Source of the DNA: an uncultured virus (IMG/VR IMGVR_UViG_3300042468_000189)
Lineage: Duplodnaviria; Heunggongvirae; Uroviricota; Caudoviricetes
IMG/VR virus record: IMGVR_UViG_3300042468_000189
Strand: one strand, 5' to 3'
DNA length: 20,000 nucleotides
The translations under genes were made by a program, and so were the position numbers. Each line of letters opens with the position of its first letter. The first letter of the stretch is position 1. Shown piece after piece: positions 15,867 through 20,000 of this stretch. The notes below the pieces were generated by a model. The model was given only the letters and a program-made list of their open reading frames with translations, did not search any database and was not told the DNA's origin.

Positions 15867-17679
15867 AAGTTTCCCCATAGCCTGCTTCACAGTTTAACGG
15901 TAGCTCTTCACACCAATCGGGCCGCATCTTCATGCACTGTTCAACGAAACCTTTAGCGACCTCTGCCTCTTCCTTTGGTGCTACACAAGCAATGGCATCA
16001 TGCACGGTCATAACCACACGATACCGCCTAGCGATCAGCAACATCTGCTCGCCAATGATGATTCTAGCCAAAGCTTGGCAGACATTCTCCGTTACCTTCC
16101 CACCGTATATGCGGTTAGGAATAACCGCTTTACCTTTCCTGGTGTCGTACACAAACTCTTCTTTACCCTCCGGCGTAACCTGAATCCGCAGGTTGGGATA
16201 CTTGAGGTATAACCCATTAGGTAGCCTGATACCGTTCTCACCCTCTGCATATATCTTGGGCTTGTCTTCCGGCAGTCCTGCTCTCTGCCCTATCAAGATA
16301 GCCACAAGTGCTTTCTGACAGTCCTTCCACAGCAGGGGGATGCGGGGGTAAGTCTCCCTGTACACCGAGATGATGCGCTGCGCTTCTTCCTCTGCGATAG
16401 TTACGCCAAAGTTCTTAAGCTGAGCTTGGAACTTCTTAGCCCCCATACCGTACCCACTGCCAAGGATTGTGGTCTTACCCACGAACCGCTCGTCCTTGGT
16501 TATATCTTCCACTGGCTTGTTGTAGATAGCACTAGCCATGATGCGGTACACATCTTCCCCACGCTCGAATGCTTGCACCAAGTCCCACTGCCCTGCTAGC
16601 CAAGCTAGTGTCCGCGCTTCGATCTGCGAGGAGTCCGAGTCAATCATCACGTAGCCTTGCGGTGCACGGATGGCATGTTTAAGAGGGGACTGTCGTGGTA
16701 GGTTCTGTAGGTTAAGGTTGTCTGTGCCACCCCACCTGCCTGTATGTGCGGCGTAATACTTCAACGGCACAGGCATCTTCCCGCGCTCTGCGATGTTTAT
16801 GAACCGTTCAGTCCTCGTTTCTTCAAGCGTTGACTTAGTACCTAGCCGCGCAGCAACAAGTGCCTGCACTTCAGGGTTAGGGTGTTCTGCCAGCGCCTTA
16901 AATTCTTCGTCATTCTTAGCTAGTGCTAAGGTCTCACGCCCCGTGGTGGGACTAATTTTTGTAGGGGGTGTTACCCCAAGGCTTGTTAGCACATCTGCGA
17001 ACTGAGGGTTGCTCATCAGTGTTGCTTTATCCACCGTGACCTTGGCTAACAGATCCTCTTTCTTTTTCTGCACCGCCGCTAGGTGTTCAGTTAGTGCAAC
17101 CTTGTCAAGCACAAGCACAGGTTCCGAATACATCTTGATCGTCAGATCGATCAACCGCAGTTCTATTTGGGGAAAACCTTTTAACAGACACTGCAACAAG
17201 TCATAGGTCAGGTTAACATCGTTGACGCAATACTCGCCGTATCTTGCAAGTTCCTCTTCTGAGAAATCTAGTCTGCGCTTACCTAGCGCGTTGATTACTT
17301 CCGTGCCTTTGACCCCCAGTTGGTAGTGCTTCGCCAACGTCGCCAAGCTACCACCCACTTCTGTGCCGTGTACCGCCCTCGCCATACTGAGTGTATCAAT
17401 CCATCCACGAGGCTTAATGCCAAAATACCAAGTAAGAATAGCGGCATCAAACATAGCATTGTGAGCAACCGCAAGAGACTCACGCCAGTTGAACCGTTGT
17501 AGGAATTGTTTTGTTTGTTCATACGTACCACTAAACCATTCAGTGTCTTCATCACCAACTTTAACGGCTACTCCAATCACTTCAAAGTGCGGACTGCGTA
17601 TGTACTCCTCCGTTGTTATTTTAGTTAGAGAGAAATCACGACTGTAATAAGTCTCGAAATCAATAGTTAGTATGCTCAT
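15853..17679 (-). CDS. polA: Phage family A DNA polymerase with 3'-5' exonuclease and no 5'-3' exonuclease (608 aa)
   Basis: ExoI DFET, ExoII HNAMFD, ExoIII YCVND, TGRW..NLQNLP, motif A DSSQIEAR, motif B RFVGKTTILGSGYG, motif C VHDA. Confidence 0.95.
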   Translation of the reverse strand: MSILTIDFETYYSRDFSLTKITTEEYIRSPHFEVIGVAVKVGDEDTEWFSGTYEQTKQFLQRFNWRESLAVAHNAMFDAAILTWYFGIKPRGWIDTLSMARAVHGTEVGGSLATLAKHYQLGVKGTEVINALGKRRLDFSEEELARYGEYCVNDVNLTYDLLQCLLKGFPQIELRLIDLTIKMYSEPVLVLDKVALTEHLAAVQKKKEDLLAKVTVDKATLMSNPQFADVLTSLGVTPPTKISPTTGRETLALAKNDEEFKALAEHPNPEVQALVAARLGTKSTLEETRTERFINIAERGKMPVPLKYYAAHTGRWGGTDNLNLQNLPRQSPLKHAIRAPQGYVMIDSDSSQIEARTLAWLAGQWDLVQAFERGEDVYRIMASAIYNKPVEDITKDERFVGKTTILGSGYGMGAKKFQAQLKNFGVTIAEEEAQRIISVYRETYPRIPLLWKDCQKALVAILIGQRAGLPEDKPKIYAEGENGIRLPNGLYLKYPNLRIQVTPEGKEEFVYDTRKGKAVIPNRIYGGKVTENVCQALARIIIGEQMLLIARRYRVVMTVHDAIACVAPKEEAEVAKGFVEQCMKMRPDWCEELPLNCEAGYGETYGSC

Positions 17680-17972
17680 GTACGCAGTATCTCTTTGATG
17701 GTTGTGTGTAGCCCGTCGATGTTATCTTCGTTGACTACGAATGCCACACCCTTAGCCTTTTGTATTCGTTCTATCTCTCGTAGCTGTAGGACGGTGGGCT
17801 TGTTTGTTCCTGCTTTGCACTCGATAGCAAGGAAGTAGCCTCGGATACAACATATGATGTCAGGTACACCTGAACGGCCATAACCATGAGTAGCAGGGAA
17901 GAAGTAATAAATTTCATACTGCTTCAGTAGCTCTGTTACTTTCTTCTTGACCTTGTGTTCCTTGGTGTCCAT
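17676..17972 (-). CDS. VRR-NUC domain nuclease (Holliday junction resolvase-like, 98 aa)
   Basis: E..V, GVPDII, AIECK, PT.LQ and G.AFVV motifs. ATGA overlap with the polymerase start. Confidence 0.9.
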   Translation of the reverse strand: MDTKEHKVKKKVTELLKQYEIYYFFPATHGYGRSGVPDIICCIRGYFLAIECKAGTNKPTVLQLREIERIQKAKGVAFVVNEDNIDGLHTTIKEILRT

Positions 17973-18132
17973 GAGTTCTTTCCTTTACGTATTCAATCAA
18001 TGCGTTACGCATACGTATGTAGCATGAAGACCCAACTCCGTTGTGCATGAAGTATTCGATGACTTCTCTTGGGTATCGTATGTTCGTATGAATAAGCGTT
18101 GGGTTTTTGTTTGGTCCTCGCATCCGTTTCAT
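17914..18132 (-). CDS. BrnA-antitoxin-like ribbon-helix-helix protein (72 aa)
   Basis: RGPNKNP...NIRYPREVIEYF....YIRMRNALIEY resembles the BrnA pattern RGRP..K..vtlRld.dVl.wF....yqtRiN.aLr. Starts by ATGA overlap at 18132. Confidence 0.55.
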   Translation of the reverse strand: MKRMRGPNKNPTLIHTNIRYPREVIEYFMHNGVGSSCYIRMRNALIEYVKERTHGHQGTQGQEESNRATEAV

Positions 18133-18383
18133 TTGTCTTTCTCCTTCCATGCTGCTTCAAACCCTTTGAGCCAAGCCTTCTCCCAAGCAATACACCACAG
18201 GTCATATGACCCATCGAGTGGGAACTTGAAATCTTCTTTGTCTTTCATCATGGCTTTAACATCTTTGCGCTTGATGAATGCTGCCCACGCTTTGTCTCTG
18301 TCAGGGTTAACAAGGGGTACGTCATCGAACAGTCCTTTCTTGTTGCCCTTCTTTTTCTGGTATAGGTTGTGATCGCCACTCAT
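18129..18383 (-). CDS. Hypothetical early protein (84 aa, Trp/Lys-rich)
   Basis: ATGA overlaps at both ends, with RBS AGGGGAG. Confidence 0.7.
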   Translation of the reverse strand: MSGDHNLYQKKKGNKKGLFDDVPLVNPDRDKAWAAFIKRKDVKAMMKDKEDFKFPLDGSYDLWCIAWEKAWLKGFEAAWKEKDK

Positions 18384-18622
18384 TTCTCTCCCCTTGCTCG
18401 GATTGCTTGCGCGGCCACCTTTGTAATGTCTGACGCATATTCAGGATGTACAGCAAGCACATCACACACCTTCGCACACGCCTCGCGTTCATGCGCGGCG
18501 ACAAGGGCGGCAAAGCGTTCAAGAGTTTCGTCACCAAACACCCAAGCAGTAGAGTTCCAATCCTCACGCGGTGCTTGGTCACAGGCCTCCCGCGCCAACT
18601 TAATGATGTCTTCTTTGTTCAT
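18380..18622 (-). CDS. Modular early protein, family 1 (EDII.LAREA...FAALVAAHERE.C...C...AIRARG), 80 aa
   Basis: Starts at 18622 by ATGA overlap. Paralogous to 18619-18873. Confidence 0.75.
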   Translation of the reverse strand: MNKEDIIKLAREACDQAPREDWNSTAWVFGDETLERFAALVAAHEREACAKVCDVLAVHPEYASDITKVAAQAIRARGEK

Positions 18623-18873
18623 GTGTTTCCCCTTGCCCGTATAGCTTTCTTGCAATCCTCGGCATCCGGTTTGTTTTTGTAAGCCTCGTCCTCGTCTTCA
18701 AATTCTTGATTGCACCAGTCATGAAACATCTGGTCGCACAACCTTGCACACTGTTCTCTTTCATGCTCGGCAACAAGGGCAGCGAAGCGTGTTACAGAAT
18801 TTAACGGCTTTTCGTCAGATCCGTAAGCCAATCCAGCCCCCCGCGCCATGCGGATTATTTCTTCTCTATCCAT
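18619..18873 (-). CDS. Modular early protein, family 1 paralog (84 aa)
   Basis: MDREEIIRMARGAGL...FAALVAEHEREQCARLCD...AIRARG, with RBS AAGGGGA. Confidence 0.75.
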   Translation of the reverse strand: MDREEIIRMARGAGLAYGSDEKPLNSVTRFAALVAEHEREQCARLCDQMFHDWCNQEFEDEDEAYKNKPDAEDCKKAIRARGNT

Positions 18874-19334
18874 GATTCTTCCCCTTCTTTGTTACTCCAT
18901 TCTTGCCACCTTGCTGCGATGAGATCTAATAAATGTTTAAGCAGCGATTGATCTGAATCAGATAAATCATCTCTACCTGCGTACTCAAACAGCAAGTTCC
19001 ATATAGCTTCGCGCTCATGCTCGGCAACAAGATATGCAAAGTATTCAAGCTGATAAAAAGCATGAACAACCCCGTTGGAATCAGCAAGCCCTGCTTCTCT
19101 AGCCATGCGGATGATGTCTTCTCTATCCGGCGGGTCGGCTTTTATCACGAGGCAATCCGGCCAGCCGTGAATGCGGTGGTCAACGTGAGCCACCGGCTCT
19201 TGCTCTGTCTCCAATGCTTGTCGCAGTGCGGCAATGGCTTCACCGTAGTAATTTTCATCGCCTGTTTCCCCTAACATCTCTGCGCCTGCATCCTCCAGCA
19301 CCTCTATCGCTTCTTCAATAGCTTCTTTATCCAT
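18855..19334 (-). CDS. Chimeric early protein (family 2 N-terminal half fused to family 1 C-terminal half), 159 aa
   Basis: AIAALRQAL...EPVA is shared with 19644-20000. DREDIIRMAREAGL...FAYLVAEHERE is shared with 18619-18873. RBS AAGGAG. Confidence 0.75.
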   Translation of the reverse strand: MDKEAIEEAIEVLEDAGAEMLGETGDENYYGEAIAALRQALETEQEPVAHVDHRIHGWPDCLVIKADPPDREDIIRMAREAGLADSNGVVHAFYQLEYFAYLVAEHEREAIWNLLFEYAGRDDLSDSDQSLLKHLLDLIAARWQEWSNKEGEESWIEKK

Positions 19335-19347
19335 GATTCTTCTCCTT
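18861..19347. repeat. 26-bp direct repeats (18861-18886 and 19322-19347), each covering an RBS and start codon, flanking the chimeric gene
   Basis: cttctctatccatgattcttcccctt vs cttctttatccatgattcttctcctt, 24/26 identical. Confidence 0.8.
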
Positions 19348-19647
19348 TAGCTTGGCTTCAATGGCACGGGCAAATCCCCATCGATCAAACCACTCTGAAT
19401 TACTTGCATCAAACTTTTCGGACAGATAACCTAAATCTTGTATCTCCTCATCCGTCAGCCCAACCCATTGCTTTGGTGGTGCGGTGTAGAGGGGAACGCC
19501 ATTTAAGGTCAACGGTGCGTCAAGGTCTTGTACCAGTGGTTTGCGTTGTTCTTTTGATAGCGGACCCTCGTAAGCGGGCATTCCGTTGCACCACGCATCA
19601 GGCTGACCGTCATCCGCCGGTGTTTTTGCGTTCTTGTTTTCACTCAT
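19327..19647 (-). CDS. Modular early protein, family 2 (PLYTAPP.QWVGLTDEE...ARAIEAKLKEKN), 106 aa
   Basis: RBS AAGGAG and ATGA overlap. C-terminal module shared with the upstream ORF. Confidence 0.75.
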   Translation of the reverse strand: MSENKNAKTPADDGQPDAWCNGMPAYEGPLSKEQRKPLVQDLDAPLTLNGVPLYTAPPKQWVGLTDEEIQDLGYLSEKFDASNSEWFDRWGFARAIEAKLKEKNHG

Positions 19648-20000
19648 GTGTTCTTCTCCTTAAAAGCCTGCTCAAGAACCCTTGCTACATCAAGCCAACC
19701 ACCACCCTCAAGCACATTATCAATTGCTTGCCATACTTCCTGATCTGTCAAACTGACCCATTGCTTCTTTGGTGGTGCGGTGTAAAGTGGTGTAGATTTG
19801 TTGAAGTGTGGGTGAGCTTGTTCCACAAACCGCTGGTCCGTGAATGTCAGGTGCTTTCTGCTGTCCCACTCATACATCCACGCCACCGGCTCATGTTCAT
19901 CTTTTACGATTTCATCAACACGTTCTTGTGATGTGTCGTCGGCATTGACAAGTGCTTGGCGCAGTGCGGTGATGGCCATTTTTCTATGAACCAAACCCAG
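19644..20000 (-). CDS. Modular early protein, family 2, probably 5'-truncated by the window edge
   Basis: Frame is open to base 20000. Contains AITALRQAL, EPVAW, PLYTAPPKKQWVSLTD and KEKNT modules. Confidence 0.7.
   Translation of the reverse strand: MGLVHRKMAITALRQALVNADDTSQERVDEIVKDEHEPVAWMYEWDSRKHLTFTDQRFVEQAHPHFNKSTPLYTAPPKKQWVSLTDQEVWQAIDNVLEGGGWLDVARVLEQAFKEKNT

Noticed and set aside
18380..20000. Diversity-generating retroelement (TR/VR pair)
   Set aside because: No reverse transcriptase in the window. Repeats are only 11-27 nt and lie within paralogous coding modules. Some mismatches involve A, but others (e.g. T/C) do not.
1..20000. Stop-codon reassignment, inteins/introns, tRNA or integrase
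   Set aside because: Genes tile densely under the standard code and TAA, TAG and TGA all serve as stops. The polymerase, helicase and primase have contiguous motifs and normal sizes. No cloverleaf or recombinase motif was noticed.

Overview
Fragment of a tailed dsDNA phage genome (podovirus-like layout; host not determinable from this window) with two convergent arms. The + strand (1-8453) encodes three internal-virion/ejection-type proteins, including a 2080-aa polyvalent protein with a HExxH metallopeptidase motif. The - strand (20000-8538) runs from a cluster of short, modular, paralogous early ORFs through a BrnA-like RHH protein, VRR-NUC nuclease, family A DNA polymerase (Leu762 type), Cas4-like nuclease, HNH protein and SNF2 helicase. 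An internal sigma70 promoter then drives a Gam-like protein, a putative SSB, an HTH protein, an AEP primase-helicase and a small protein, ending at an intrinsic terminator (8452-8479). Three things stand out. (1) The 85-bp gap between the arms looks like a ~70-nt minus-strand RNA (possible own -10 box, hairpins, terminator) whose anti-SD/anti-AUG segment is complementary to the start regions of the Gam-like gene and the helicase gene. (2) One or two small genes with good RBSs appear overprinted in the +1 frame of the Pro/Gly linker of the giant virion protein. (3) The early region is built from shuffled sequence modules, with repeats at gene junctions. All functional calls come from motif recognition only; no searches were run.
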